IMG/VR virus record: IMGVR_UViG_3300004241_000005 | Span: 1-45,415 of that record | Strand: one strand, 5' to 3' | Source of the DNA: a virus | Lineage: Duplodnaviria > Caudoviricetes | Length of the DNA stretch: 45,415 bases | Shown here: piece after piece, positions 45,362 through 45,415 of the stretch | Numbering within the stretch: position 1 is the stretch's first letter | Layout: each line of letters opens with the position of its first letter | Position numbers and translations under genes: made by a program | Notes under the pieces: generated by a model | What the model was told of the DNA's origin: nothing | The model's database searches: none | What the model saw: the letters and a program-made list of their open reading frames with translations, nothing else

Positions 45362-45415
45362 GTGCGGGCTGGCGGAGCGGACGGGACTTGAACCCGCGGC
45401 CTCCGACGTGACAGG
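45362..45415. repeat. attR core
   Basis: Identical to 1-54. Confidence 0.93.
45370..45415 (-). tRNA. 3' half of tRNA-Asp(GTC); 5' half presumably beyond the window
   Basis: Anticodon GTC, T arm and CCA on the minus strand. Confidence 0.8.

Larger units (their letters stand above)
1..45415. mobile_element. Complete temperate prophage (lambda-like head, P2-like contractile tail) integrated in a tRNA-Asp gene
   Basis: 54-bp terminal direct repeats, tyrosine integrase next to the right repeat, and full head, tail, lysis, immunity and replication gene sets. Confidence 0.95.

Overview
The window is one apparently complete ~45.4 kb temperate prophage in a GC-rich host. It is bounded by a perfect 54-bp direct repeat (1-54 and 45362-45415) containing the 3' half of a minus-strand tRNA-Asp(GTC). 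It has a lambda-like head and packaging module (GpA terminase, portal, S49 protease/scaffold, decoration, capsid), a lysis cassette with an embedded Rz1-like gene absent from the ORF track, a P2-like contractile tail with a TTTTTTG frameshift site, a repressor/Cro/CII switch and a tyrosine integrase. Unusual points: (1) the early operon places a beta sliding clamp directly before a PRTRC-type ubiquitin-like conjugation set (E, Ubl C, F-position ORF, E2-like B, E1/ThiF), with no recognisable JAB deconjugase and a small NTase-like gene after it; (2) integration separates the early operon and integrase from the helicase/primase genes, and a lambda-like cosQ/cosN element lies ~260 bp inside attL, far from the terminase; (3) a ParB-like plus methyltransferase/GNAT-like DNA-modification pair sits behind a structured leader; (4) a second clamp-like domain is fused to a duplicated DUF6573-like domain; (5) a three-lipoprotein moron lies downstream of the repressor. 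All protein calls come from motifs read by eye plus synteny; no searches were run.
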